A DNA stretch of 64,000 nt from Chrysomallon squamiferum. Its lineage: Eukaryota > Animalia > Mollusca. How positions within the stretch are numbered: position 1 is the first letter of the stretch; each line of letters begins with the position of its first letter. A model generated the notes under the pieces. That model had not been told where the DNA came from and did no database searches. It worked only from the letters and a program-made list of their open reading frames with translations. Made by a program: the position numbers and the translations under genes. The stretch lies in assembly GCA_012295275.1 (NCBI GenBank), contig CM022673.1, positions 21,514,001 to 21,578,000 on the forward strand. The letters run 5' to 3'. Positions 30,626 to 43,352 of this stretch are shown here, one piece after another.

Positions 30626-31293
30626 TCAAATTCGTGTTTCTTTAATTTGATCATTATCCTCAAGTCGGTCGACTAAATCTTCACCCGCAGTTTCTTTCCT
30701 CAGACCAAAAGTACAGAGGAACTGTAGAACAAAACAGCTTGCCCAGACCACAGGATACAACCACACGACTGACTTCACTGACAGCAAGAGTTCTCCTGCA
30801 AATGGCGTGACAAGACCTGGGAACTCAATGACGATGTTTGCTAAAGCCATCGCGGTACTTCTGACATTGGTGGGGTACATTTCCGGGGTAAACGCGTTCA
30901 GCACTGCGTATATTGGCACCATGAAGAAGTAACAGACAAGAACAAACACAGCTTTTAAGAAGTCCAGCGGGACGAAAGAAAACCCGAGAAGAGCCGCCGC
31001 AGTGAACAGTGAAAAGAATCTTAAACTTTTTATTCTTCCCAGCATATGATTTTCTATGAGTATCATAGCCAAACAAAGACCGGGGATTTCTGCAAGGAAT
31101 ATGGTGAACATGTTGAAGTAAGGATCTACTCCTAACGAATCCATGTACTCCGGCAAGTACATCGTGACGCCCCAGTAGCCGGTCGACTGGAACAGCCACA
31201 CAAGACAGATGAATATAGTCCGCCATCTTAGTTCCGGTGATATGAGATCCAGCATACGACCCCTCTTTTTCACAGGTGGACAGATTATGTTTG
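30626..31293 (-). CDS. Gene C coding exon 3
   Basis: ANIICPPVKKRGRMLDL...KETRI*; TAG acceptor. Confidence 0.9.
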
Positions 31294-33217
31294 CTAAGAA
31301 ATAAAAATAATAACAATGAGATGGGGAGGAGGACTAGACGATGAAAAAGAAGCAACAGAAGAATGCAATGATAATTTAAAAATACATATATAGATGTTCA
31401 TATAAAATATCTAACATTTCCTATTCTAAACGTACTGTTGAACAAATAGTGGCTGCACAGTATCGAGTCATTTTATAAAACAAAAGTTCTTAACATTAAA
31501 CATAAAAGCAATACCTTCGTTTAATTTTGTCCCATTGACTTTGGCGATGATTTTCAATACTGACACAGCTTTTTCCCTTTGTCCACTGACGAAGAGATAC
31601 CTCGGAGTTTCCTGAGATACAAACAGTCTCACTATGAAGATGAGGATAGACGGTACTGCGCATGCTCCGACGAACCACCTCCAGCCCCACTGAGGACTCG
31701 GCAGAAGCAGCCAGGCTGCCCCGCCTGCGTACACCGCGCCCAGCGCGCCACAGAACGTCACCACAACCATCACAGCACCGCGACGTCGTCGTGGTAGAAA
31801 CTCTGGATATTAACACGTGTATACATACAGTGTCACATACAGTGTCACATACACACACTCAGAACGAGGCAAAATAAAAATTAAATTTAAATAATTACAG
31901 GGTCATAAAAAAAACAAATTGGAAAGACTTAAACCAAATAGCGATATTCATTATTTAATCATCATCATTTGTTATTATCATTATTATTATTACTAATTTT
32001 ACTTTTCTTTTATTAATAAAAAGTCCTAATACTAATAGCCTTGTCAGATTTTTTACATAGTTCCCATGGAAATATGTAAGTCAAATAAAACTAGAATACG
32101 TAGGCTTTCACGCTTTTGATTCTGTTTACTCCTTTTGCTACAGTAGGTGGAGAATTTGTTTAATGTAAGTCGAAATTCTGACATAAAGGTTAGTTTTAGG
32201 TGATTGCTTTAAAGTCTGAATTTCGTATTTGTGTTTTCCATTATTTTAGCTGCAAGAGAGGAAAAAATAATAATAATAATAATAAATGAAAGTAAAAACA
32301 AATAAATTAAAATTATAAAAAATGAAGTTACATCATTGCTGTTTTTCCTTTTTAAAGAAGCAGATGAAGAAAAAAAAGAAATGCGAAATGAATTATAATT
32401 AGTGTTTTCTCTCAGGCATTCTGCATTTTTTATTAAGCTAAGCATCGTTTTAGCCAGCAGTACATACATATACAAGTCCCGACTGAAAACACCCCGAGTC
32501 ACACAACGAAATCGGTTTTAGTGTATGACAGACGGGTCTGACAAATGAGGTTTAAAGTGAACAAAACTTACCTAGAAGAAGAACAAAGTCGACGGCTTCC
32601 AGTCCACCAGTTCCTACTGACACGAAGGAACGTAGGACCACGAGAAGGATAAACGAAGGAGCAAAGGCAGAAGCGAGACCAAATATGGCACATGTTCCCA
32701 TAGCAACCATGAACGGGATTTGACGACCACATTTGTCACTTAATATTCCAAAAACATATCCACCAACAATTCCACCAATGCTGCTGAAGAATGGTAGCCA
32801 TGGAAACTGAAATTCCGGTAAATTCCATTCTTTTTTAACTGGCTTGCTCAAGAAAACATAAACTAAAATTTCAGAACAAACTGCAAAATACCCGCCTCCG
32901 GAAAGTACAATCATTTTTATTTGGAATAAACCGAATTTCAGTTCGGACAGGACATCATCCAGGTCTTTGTCTGGTGTTGTGTCTGGGGGGAGTCTGCTGT
33001 CTCCACGATCACGTGTATTTGAAACACAGTTGAATCGTTCAGAGATCTGCAACTCATTAGAAGCAGTATTTTCTAAGAGAGCAGCTGATTCCGGAAAACC
33101 AACACATTTGTCTACAGACATGAATGTTTTAGGCGCATCCGCATTTTCGCTTTGAACAAGGTTAACATCAACAGCATTTGATTTACTTTCAGGATCATGA
33201 AAACTCCCAGAATCCAT
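30626..33217 (-). CDS. Gene C: SVOP/SV2-related major facilitator superfamily transporter, 3 coding exons, about 533 aa
   Basis: Exons 33217-32572, 31802-31515, 31293-30626 with GT-AG phase-1 introns. Motifs: FGLFQ, MFS motif A GILSDKCGR, EFLP..RG, GWRW, ETPRYL, PEMYPTNVRSTA, ETAG; multiple transmembrane segments. Confidence 0.93.
31515..31802 (-). CDS. Gene C coding exon 2
   Basis: EFLPRRRRGAVMVV...NGTKLNE; CAG acceptor, GTATTG donor. Confidence 0.9.
32572..33217 (-). CDS. Gene C coding exon 1
   Basis: MDSGSF...VDFVLLL; acceptor at 33241-33239; donor G|GTAAGT. Confidence 0.9.
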
Positions 33218-33550
33218 TGTAAGTCTCAAAACACTAATCTGTAGCTTCTTTTCTGTTTATTATTATTATTTTTTAACGACTCTACAGCGCTGAAAGCTGT
33301 TATACTTTAATATATAATATTTATTCCGAATCAACACTATAGGCCAATAGTTAGAATTATTCACACAAGAATATTTTCATTTCAAAACATGGATATATAT
33401 TTCTTACCCACTTAAAAACTTTTAATCACATTTCAAATACAATTGATTGTCCTTGTCTTCATATCAATATTTCTTTTGTATATTTTAATTAACTGAATTC
33501 AAAGCATAATTTTAATTGATTATTCACTTAATTAATTAAGGCTCACTTAC

Positions 33551-33872
33551 TTATGTGTAATTATCCTCAACTGTAAGATGTCTGTAGAATTTTAGTTTAT
33601 TTTTGTAAATCTCAGACGATATGATAAACCATTCCAGTTGTCCTTTTTCGTAATCTGTAAATTTTTATGATCGATGTTAATTACATTTTATAAATCTTGA
33701 CCCTGCGACACAAGAGTATATCCCGTTATTATGACAGCAACACATCATCTAAGCATTAAATGGAATGGGAAGCATGTTATAAAACACAGCTGCAAGTTCG
33801 TTGTTTCCCTCGGCGTGTTTCACGTGGCTACAGCACTGTTTGACCTGTTTATGCAGATGTGGTACATTGCCG
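33551..33872. promoter_or_regulatory. Probable bidirectional promoter with non-coding first exons of genes C (-) and D (+)
   Basis: Minus-strand donor GTAAGT at 33550 and plus-strand donor CG|GTAAGA at 33873 diverge from a roughly 320-bp segment with CpGs and a CACGTG E-box. Both ATG-bearing exons are preceded by acceptors. Confidence 0.55.
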
Positions 33873-35420
33873 GTAAGAAAACTGACAAATTAATATGTCA
33901 CCACTTTAAACTGAACGCTTTTTTAATTTATTAAATTCCGTTTCAGTGTTTAAATTAATTATATTAATTAGAACTATATCAGCATTATTTAAACATTAAC
34001 TTCGTCGGTGAAACTGTAAACATAGCAGGTTATCCCTAGCCATGTGATTTCAACGTTTTTCTGACCTTGGTAACTATTTTTAGAATACAAATTTAATATC
34101 GGTACTAAAGCGAAACGAAGACAGTAAATATTACAGACAATGACAACAAGAGCCAGAATCGTCCGCTAATTTACCACAACATGATAGAGTGAATTTATCA
34201 TGTTAAACGTGAAATCAAATAAAATTCCATTGTTTATGCTAATTAAGATTGACAGCAGCCTAAACATTTTATTGCATTTCAATGATAACAACTTTAGCAT
34301 TGTCTGCGTTCAAGATTAGGCTGTTTAAGATAATGTTTATAAATCCTTATCAATTTAAAAATTGCACTGTTAAAGTGTTCATTAGTAAATACAATTATTT
34401 ATTTATTTATTTTATAATTCCTAATCTCAAGACTCCTTTTTTATGTTAAGGTTTTAGTACTGTTTGTGTTTCACTGTTGCGCTTTAATTCAAGCGAATAG
34501 CATTTCCTAACGGCGTCCAGTCTATGGGAAACATCAAATAAACAAAGTACAATGGTCGCCGGTGAACAAAAACTGAATTAAGGTTGTTATTGGTTCTAAA
34601 TTCGTGGTTTATATCGGTAATAATTTGTCCAAAAGCCAGGTAATTACGAAAATAAATATATTATTGGAAAATTAAACTGAAATTAAATACTAATAAATAA
34701 ATAAATAAATAAATAAATAAAAATAAAAATAACTTAAATAGATAACACAGGGCTGAGGTAAGGCGAAAATTCGAAATATTCATCATGTATATTATTAAGA
34801 ATTAATGTATTAACTGTTTTATGTTTTATACAAAGACACCAAACTTAATGCATCCCACTTTCAGTTTATTGAAATAACTAATTAAATATACAGAATTTAA
34901 ACATTTTAAATTTTTAGAAAATAGCCTGCTGGTAGCTGGTAGATATGGAAATAAAAATATGACAGCTAAGATTTTCTACTTCAGTTTAAGAAATGTTGCT
35001 CCATTTAAACAAGACAAGACTCAGTTCAGCTCTGTCAGATTGTCAGTGATATGTAGCAGATGGACACAAGTAAGTTTATTTAAACAAAACAGTAAAAGCA
35101 GGTATATTACTAATAACATCTGTTTTTCCAAACATATTTTTAGATAACAGGCTATAGATGAATAAGGAACAGTCTGTCAGTTACTTCATGCTTTATTTAT
35201 AAGAATAAACATTTAATAAAATTCATAACATAAATTAAAGAAAGTATCTGTGGATAAATGTGCATATGATGATAAATAAAACAAAATGATAATGTAGAAA
35301 CAAAACAAAACAAAACAAAACAACAAAATAAAGTCAACAGATTGTTTTAGCTTTTGAAATTTCCTATAATAAAGTTGTGAATGTATCAGTTACTGTTAAT
35401 GTGTATTTGCAGACACGTGT

Positions 35421-35517
35421 GTGTGCTGTGGGTGACAGGAAGGTGATATACATGTGCTATGGGTGACAGGAAGGTGATATACGTGTGCTATGGGTGACAG
35501 GAAGGTGATATACGTGT
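35421..35517 (+). repeat. 31-bp tandem repeat (3 copies) spanning the gene D start codon
   Basis: Unit (G/A)TGTGCT(A/G)TGGGTGACAGGAAGGTGATATAC. Confidence 0.95.
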
Positions 35518-35634
35518 ACAGTGGTTCTGGGGTTAGTGAAACTTGCAGAGATGTGGTGTTTAAAACTTTGACTTCATTGGTTCATCCAGACTATCACACT
35601 GTTCTGTACATACAGCCTGAAGATGTTTGTCTTG
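35490..35634 (+). CDS. Gene D coding exon 1
   Basis: MGDRKVIYVYSGSGVSETCRDVVFKTLTSLVHPDYHTVLYIQPEDVCL; acceptor TTGCAG at 35412; donor G|GTACAG. Confidence 0.82.
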
Positions 35635-37584
35635 GTACAGTAACATTCATTCACTATCATTAATTCCTTTCCTTTTACATTATTATTTTTAAAAAATAAT
35701 TTGAATTTCTATTTATTATTCATTACATTATTATTTTTTGTAATCTGTTATAATATGACGTTATATTCTTTCTTTAATAATTTGACCTTTTTAACAGAGG
35801 CTTGAACACTCAAATTCTATTTACTAAATTGATGACATTAGTGCATTTAATGGAAATGGAGCTGTAAAGGATAAAATTAAAAAATATATATTTAGTAATG
35901 TTTCATTTCTTCTTCTTTTTTTTTTTATTAACATATCCTAGAAGTATTAACTAGAGATTCTGTGATATTCTGTTCAGTACAGCAAACAGCATTAAATTAA
36001 TATTAAAATTTGTTTTATTTTATTTTAAAATCCCCCATTTCTTATAATCTATTAAACAAGTTTTTATTCTTCATTTTTACATACTTTAATCTTGAAATCA
36101 GAATTTTCTATGTTCAGATATTTTCATGTATATTTATTTAGTTATAAAACTTTCTTTCACTAAAAACAAACACATTGATTACTCTTTGCTTTAGGACAGT
36201 GGAAACAAAATGCGGCACTGATAGTGTTTGGAGGAGGCTATGATGTTGGTTATACCAGAGCTTTGAACACAGAAGGTGTACAGCAGATAAGGGTGTACGT
36301 GGAGTCAGGTGGGTGTTACCTTGGTCTGTGTGCCGGGGGCTACTTTGGCTGTGACAGGATCCAGTTTGACAAGTGTGGACCCTTGGAAGTCTGCGGAGAA
36401 AGACATCTCAAATTTTTCCCAGGTAAAAGCAGAAATGACTCGTTATATTTATTGTGTGCTTACAAACAGAAAAAATCTGTTTTATACTTTCATATGATTG
36501 TTTCATTTGTCTCTGAACATTTCAACTATATTATAATGAATGAAAAGAAAAAGAATGAGCTATTTTGTGAATTTTTTTATATCCTAATTTAGAAAGAAAT
36601 GAATGACAAAAGTGACATTTTTTTTGTTGAATGATTTACTCATTATCAGGGCCTATGAGAGTGGGGGGGGTGCCAGCTGGTACTTTGTTCTGGGACCACA
36701 GAGTTAAGAAGGGCCCCACAGCAACCATCCAGTAATTGAATATTTTGATACATTATGTTAAATTTGATCATGGGAATAAGCATTTATGAGAGGTTACCTG
36801 TAGATTTACTGGACATCAAATCCTGAAATTTGAGAAAAAAATGTGCCTGGCTCATGTACCACCTTTTGAAAATTTTATTGGACGCCCAGCTCATTACTGA
36901 GTGTTTATCTCTTTCTCTTAGTGTATATATTATTACTAACATTTATTTTGTTTTTGGAAATAAAAAGATATTGATATATGCAAAACAGTATTACTTGAAA
37001 TTATTACCTGAAATTTTGTACTACTTATTTTGCTTCTTTATTAAAAAATATATCTGTTTCTAGATAAACAGTAGATTTACTCAGTCAAACACATATTAAA
37101 CCTTTAGGCTACATTATCATTAAATATCTTAATTTAACTTACTTATTTAAAAGGTGTTTGCAAAGGCCCAGTCTTTCCAGGTTTTGAGTACAGCTCATTT
37201 AAGGGAGCTAAAGCTGCATCAGTGACATACAAACCTTTATCTGGAGAACCTTTCAGTTTTTCTTCCTACTACAATGGAGGTGGACAATTCAGTGTGTATG
37301 AAGCAAAAGAGAGTAAAGTTGAAATTCTTGCCAAGTACAATGATCTCCCAAACACACCTGCAGCCATTGTGAAGTGTGATGTAGGGGATGGTGGGGTTGC
37401 TGTTTTAACAGGCATCCACCCAGAGTATGAGTGCAGTGTGTTACCAGAGGATGATGTCTTTGTGCAGACGCTTGTAGGTGAGCTGGAAAGCTGTGATGAG
37501 GAAAGAATTGACTGCATTGCTGACCTGTTGAGATATCTGAGAGTAACTGTCAGGACTCGAGTCAGTGTTTCATCAGAGTCTTAA
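35490..37584 (+). CDS. Gene D: stand-alone BPL_N-domain (biotin-protein ligase N-terminal, class I glutamine amidotransferase-like) protein, about 267 aa
   Basis: Exons 35490-35634, 36195-36422, 37154-37584 join in frame. Motifs: VYSGSG, W..NAALIVFGGGYD..Y, YVESGGCYLGLCAGGYFG, LKFFPG.CKGP.FPGF.Y, YYNGGG.F, AAIV.C.VG.G.AVLTGIHPE. No ligase catalytic domain before the stop. Confidence 0.9.
36195..36422 (+). CDS. Gene D coding exon 2
   Basis: GQWKQNAALIVFGGG...LKFFP; TTAG acceptor, GTAAAA donor. Confidence 0.9.
36647..36889. mobile_element. hAT-type MITE in intron 2 of gene D
   Basis: Termini CAGGGC...GCCCAG, flanked by the 8-bp near-identical direct repeat CTCATTAT/CTCATTAC (target-site duplication). 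Confidence 0.65.
37154..37584 (+). CDS. Gene D coding exon 3
   Basis: GVCKGPVFPGFEY...GIHPEY...VSSES*. Confidence 0.9.
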
Positions 37585-40500
37585 TAAGTGACTGTATCAT
37601 CACAACATATAAATACTGTAAATTTTACATCATCTTAATACTCTCTTATTTACTCTGAATCTCTCTTTGGCTTTATTGTTACATACAAAAATGATATTTG
37701 GAATAATCTACTTCTCTCTTTGTAAACTGCACCAAGTACAGACAGAAAACTGTTAACTTTTGTTTGCTTGGCTGATGTTTAGTTTTATATTTAATAAAAA
37801 TTTACTTCTTTTATCTCTCCTTCGAGAATGTAATTAGATCTGATTTTATTAACTTCTGCAGAAATCTTCCATTTGCTGATTGTTCAATTAATGCAATAAT
37901 TTCTTTACTCTTTTTAACTGACATTATTTTTTTTTACTCATACACTACTTGACTGATTTGTTTATTTGAATATTCAGAGAACGAAAATAGTTTCTTTATG
38001 ACGAAAGAAGAAAAACTTTATAACAGTTTGTTCACTGACAAGATAATCAATACTTTATATTTTTACTCATATTTGTTTTATTTTTTTATTTAACATTTTA
38101 TCAGCAGCACTTTTGTTGAATATGTATCTTGTTAAGACAGCTGTATTGTGTGCAGTTATATTTAGTGCAATTTATATTATTCATACGTTTTTAGTTACAA
38201 ATATATTTAAAATTAAATGACATTTTTGCATTTTAATATATCCTGGTGAAAATGTTGAATTCACTGATAAATAAAGATTGTACTGTAGACCTTGTAAACT
38301 CACATTATTCTGTCTTGAGCGTTTTCACCTTCCAACCGTAACTACTTATAACTTTGTGCACCTTGGTAGATACTGTCCTGTTTATGTGAACAACATCCCA
38401 AGGAATAAAAGTTTCTTTGTTAATTATGAAATGATGTTAAGTAATAATTGTATGGTTTGGTATTGAAAACATATAAACTGTTAACTTCACTGATTTTAAA
38501 GTTACTTTCAAGAGTATCTAAATAGCCTAATACCTCAAGTTATTATTTCATATTTTCGGGAATCAAACAGGAGCAACAGCAAAAATGAATAATAATAATA
38601 ATAATAATTAATAATATACAAGCAAAAACAGGATACAAATGACAGAACAGAACACTAAATCTAAGCACGTTAAGATGTAATTTGTGGTATTTTAGATAAG
38701 GGTTTGTTTTGCACTGAACACTAAGCACGTTATGGTTATTTTAAATAAGGTTTCAAAAAGTGTCAGATATTAAAACGTAAGAAGGGTAACTACAACGCAA
38801 AGATTCGCAAGTTTCACTACAGTTTATATGTTTTATTGAATTTAATAACATTTGTTATAAAGTACACAACATTATTTTTATGTTTATGTTTGTTAGTACA
38901 TGTATACTTAAAGTGTAATATTCACAATCTGTAACAAAAAACAAAAAAACAACAACAAAAACTTTTACCGACTGTAATTATGGAAACTGAATGAGTTTTT
39001 GTTGGACAAAGCGCAGTTACGTATTTCGTGAGTTGTTTTAACACGTAGCTCTGCAGTGAGGTGAGGATGAACAAAGTGACAATGATTTGTTTGTACGGCT
39101 CAACAGTTTTTACACTTCACCTGCTCAAATAGATCTAGATTCAAAATTTGATTATGTAACTTTTCTCAGCACTGGGAGAATTCCGACTTAGCAAGTGTGA
39201 ATTTCAAACATGAATCAGGGAATTGTAATTGAACGTCAAAAGAAATGAAATTACACTTGACAACTGAGATGTGACTGATTCTGAAAACCACGTACTGCAA
39301 GATACGACAATAGTCGAGAAAGAGAAATACCGCTCTCGGCAAGAAAAGCGAAAGGTTTATACGAGATGTGATTCGAAATTTTAACCATTAACCCAATACA
39401 CAAAGATAATTATTTTATAATAGTTGTGTAAACATGTATTTAAAGTAAGTAATTTTTTTATGTCTGTAGTGGGTTAATAGGCAATTCCCACAGGATATTT
39501 TAATTTTCGTATTTATTAATTTGTTGCCTAATAATAATAATAATAATAATATTTTAAAAAATCGTTATTTAACCATCAATTATATACAATATATTTTATA
39601 AAACATCAAAATAAATTTAATAAAATAATTTACTTATGAATTTTCACTAACACTGATATTCTTGAATTTCAAAACTTACTTTGGTTTTTCTGGACTGTTT
39701 TTGAATCAATGACATTTGAAAGTAATGGTCGTTAATCATATTGTTCATTTCTTACCAGTACATGAATATGATTTCCACGATGTTCAGTTAAAACCAGTTC
39801 ACAAGTCAGAGGCGTTCGTCATTGTTGTTTGTTATTATTAATAATGAAAACTAATTTATTAGTGTTTCCTGAGATAGGAGTAATGTGTGCATGTAATACG
39901 TTAAACGTTTTCCCTGCAGTCTCATGTTTCAAGTCAGCGAGTTTGTTTCGGGCACATTAAAAGCAGTCTTGAACATTCAAGATATAATTCATAGCAGATA
40001 TTCAGATAGACACGTTCAGTTCGATTAAATAACAGTTATATCGACAAAAATAATTGACTGTAAATGCGTCTGCAAAGTAGCCAAACATTTCGAATGAAAC
40101 GGTAAGCATCGACTCTCAAATTGAATACAGAGCAGATAGCGGGCGATTTTTTCTTTCTTTTTTCAGGTTTTACTTGGGTTCACAGTTACATGCACTACAC
40201 TCTCTACGTGATAACTTGCTTAGTTTGAATTGAATAAACAGGGATGCAAGTAAAATGTTTAAACATAGGTTTATAATAAATCTTAGTGATCAGGTTTAAT
40301 AAAACAAAAAAGAAGAAAGAAGTTACTTGTGGTTTATGGTGCTATTCAAATATTAATTCATTGCGTCATTTTCAACCACTTTAAAAAATTTCTTGAACTA
40401 AAACGTAATCTGTACATTTCAATAAATTACCACTAAAAGATCGATTTTCTCGCTGATCAACTTTCAGATATATCACGTGCATACCTATATATATATTTTT

Positions 40501-41020
40501 TTATTTATTTACAGGATAAAACTTCCACTATTAGTCCTGTAAAAGATGTATTTGTAGTGTTTATAAATACATGAATAATCTAAACATTGTTTTTTCCTGT
40601 TACCAAAACAGAATCATTGCAGTAGTTGCGAAGAATACTGTCGCTTTAAACATCAGCGTTGACAATCGCAGTTTGAACACAGTTTTATTCTAACAACCTC
40701 ACGTCTGACTGTTTATGTGGATGACAAAACAACACAGTGCTATAAGAGTGCTGTATGCGCGAGGACGGACATTTACCGCACTTGAAAGACGTTAGCCAAG
40801 AACTGTCAAATCAAGTCTTCCATGATGAAAATTTGGTATCTCAATTTTGGACTTGCAGGTTGGTTATCGTCGTGATCGTCATCATCATCATCATCATCAT
40901 TACCATCGTCGTCATTTTATTATTATTATTATTATTATTGTGGGAGAGGATGATGTAAGGTTTGTAGATATCTTAAACTCAGTTTTGCAGCACTGGTTGT
41001 ATTGGTTAATGCAGAAACTT

Positions 41021-41083
41021 TGATGTCTGTGTTACAACACACAGCACTGATGTCTGTGTTACAACACACATCACTGATGTCTG
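41021..41083. repeat. 27-bp tandem repeat, about 2.3 copies
   Basis: Unit TGATGTCTGTGTTACAACACACAGCAC. Confidence 0.85.
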
Positions 41084-43048
41084 AAAAGCAACAGACGACG
41101 AAGCCAAATGCGAGTAAGTTCACAGTTCTCGAACTTTCACATAACTGGATTTTTTCTTTAAAATCGTATACAAAATTTCCTTATAATCAGTCTCCAGTGA
41201 TTGATTTATCAAATGTTAAGCTCAGGCACTAAATATGTTTTAAGGATGCTAGATTAAAATGTTGCAATTTCAACTTTTTTGTTTTTTTAGTATACATTTG
41301 AACTCTGGTGTGTTATTTGTACACAGATTTCAATAAATGTGGCTAGATTAGGATGTGACATTTTCTATACAGTGTTATCCAGACCTCAGTTTCGTGTCTG
41401 CTTCCTGCAAATGGGGCTGGTTGCAAGGTGGATAACGCCAACAAGCAGCTTTCAGACGGAGGTAAAGTCTTTACTGACGTCAACACTGTGATGAGTTTTT
41501 GATAAACGTAGATTATTTTCTTCAATTTATAATAACTCTAGTTTCTAAGGTAAATTGATACATATGTTTTTATTTGACCATCAATGATAATTAGTATCAA
41601 TTCTGGTCTTGTAGACTTGGTTTTTAATATGTTATAATAAATAAAAGAACAACTGTGAACATACTGAAAGCATTACCAGTGAACTCGTGTTATTGCTTCC
41701 TTTACTTTGACAGACTATTTTTCCTATGCATGTTTGAATGCTATAACCGCTCTCCCTGCAGCCGTGATTGACGTCTGCTCGTGTCCTGGAGAATATGCAA
41801 CTAACATCGCCGCTAGAACGGATTCTACATCCAGATCAGATAAATGCAAATAAGAAACCTTATCGCATATTACTGTACTTGGAACAAATAAAATCATAGA
41901 TACATAAACACAAGCAGAAATGTTTGCATAAAGCAAACAAACAAACCCTCAACATATTCGTGTCAGAAATGTTTCAATAAAAACAGACGACTGCTAAAAA
42001 TCACTAGAGACAAAGATTGCTGTTCCTGGCCTGATGATTATTGAAAGTTTTTAATTTTCTCATTGTTTGGATGAGGACGATTACATGTCATATGTTGACG
42101 TTTCACCACCGCACCTGAAGTTTATCAGTCATGACTGGACTTCATCCTTCCAGTGAAAGTAGCTTCTCGGAATTCGTCTAAGTGCAGAGTCAAATAAGAT
42201 GTAACAGGACAGCAGAATATTCATTCCTACATTCATTTTCAGTAATTAAATAAAAAATATATATATATATCTTTATTCATTTATTTATAAATAATATTTC
42301 TTTCTGTTTTCTCTTGTTGTTATCAACTGAATTAATCCAGGCAATTCAGTATAAAACTTGTGTGACAGTTGAAAAAGCACGTGACGGTAAAACACTGAAC
42401 AGTGAGTTCGCTAACACCGCCACTAATAAACTAACGTCTGACTGTGAGAAACTGTAAAACATATCTCTAATTTAAAATTATTTGTAACATGCTTGTGTAT
42501 ATACATCTGTTCGTGCATATGTGTATTTACATGTATGTATGTGTTCGATTTGTGTGTGTGTGTGTGTGTTTGTTTGCTTGTACGATAGAGAAAGAAAGAC
42601 ATTTTTAAAATTTTAGATGAAGTCACATATGCATACTTATAATGAAATAAGGAAAAGTGAAACTACTAGTTATAACATCAGTTTTACCATTTTAAGAATT
42701 GCCATCGTATACTATTTCAGTGGTTTAATGTGTGTTTTATTTCTTTTCTTAGTTTTTTTTAATATAATAATTATCTGTTGTTAAATGTCAACTCTCTAGG
42801 ATAATTTCAGGCTCATTTGCTGTTGGAATCAAGTCATCTATGATGATAATCGCCTTCGTTTACTTTTCTATTACTGGGAGTTCTGAGTTGAAAATAATTT
42901 GGAAAACAACTGAACAAATAAAACAGTTGACGATTTTAATATATTTTATATTCATATGACGTGAATTTATTTCACTGAAACGTATCAGTTCTGTAAACTC
43001 TGAAGAGTGATAGGACTATCATATAACGTAAACTCTGTGTTATAGTTA

Positions 43049-43352
43049 CAGGTACCGGACCAGTTATCCGGCGTCCTGAAATCCGGAAAGACCTGAAAAC
43101 CGGAAGTTTTTTCCCGACGCTTTTTCACATCCGCGCGACGGTTGTTGTTCTCACCAGACCGGAACTACTCTTTCAAGCCGCGTGGCGTTCATTCACTCGC
43201 CGCATTGTTTACGTGTCGAGTCGCCACACTTGTGTATCGTCAATTTTCTTTATGTTTTTAATTTTAAAATGTTTATGCCTAATTATTTACGTATGTAGAT
43301 GCCTTGGTACCAGAAAACCGGCCTCAGGCCCCAAGGAGTCTGGATAACTGGT
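43049..43352. mobile_element. Non-autonomous DNA transposon remnant (Tigger-like)
   Basis: TA|CAGGTACCGGACCAGTTATCCGG at the left and CTGGATAACTGGT at the right (inverted match); subterminal (A/T)CCGG repeats. Confidence 0.6.

Noticed and set aside
30825-31877. Overlapping and antisense ORFs (30825-31355, 31496-31858, 31579-31797, 31662-31877)
   Set aside because: Shadow frames of the transporter exons with no recognisable motifs.
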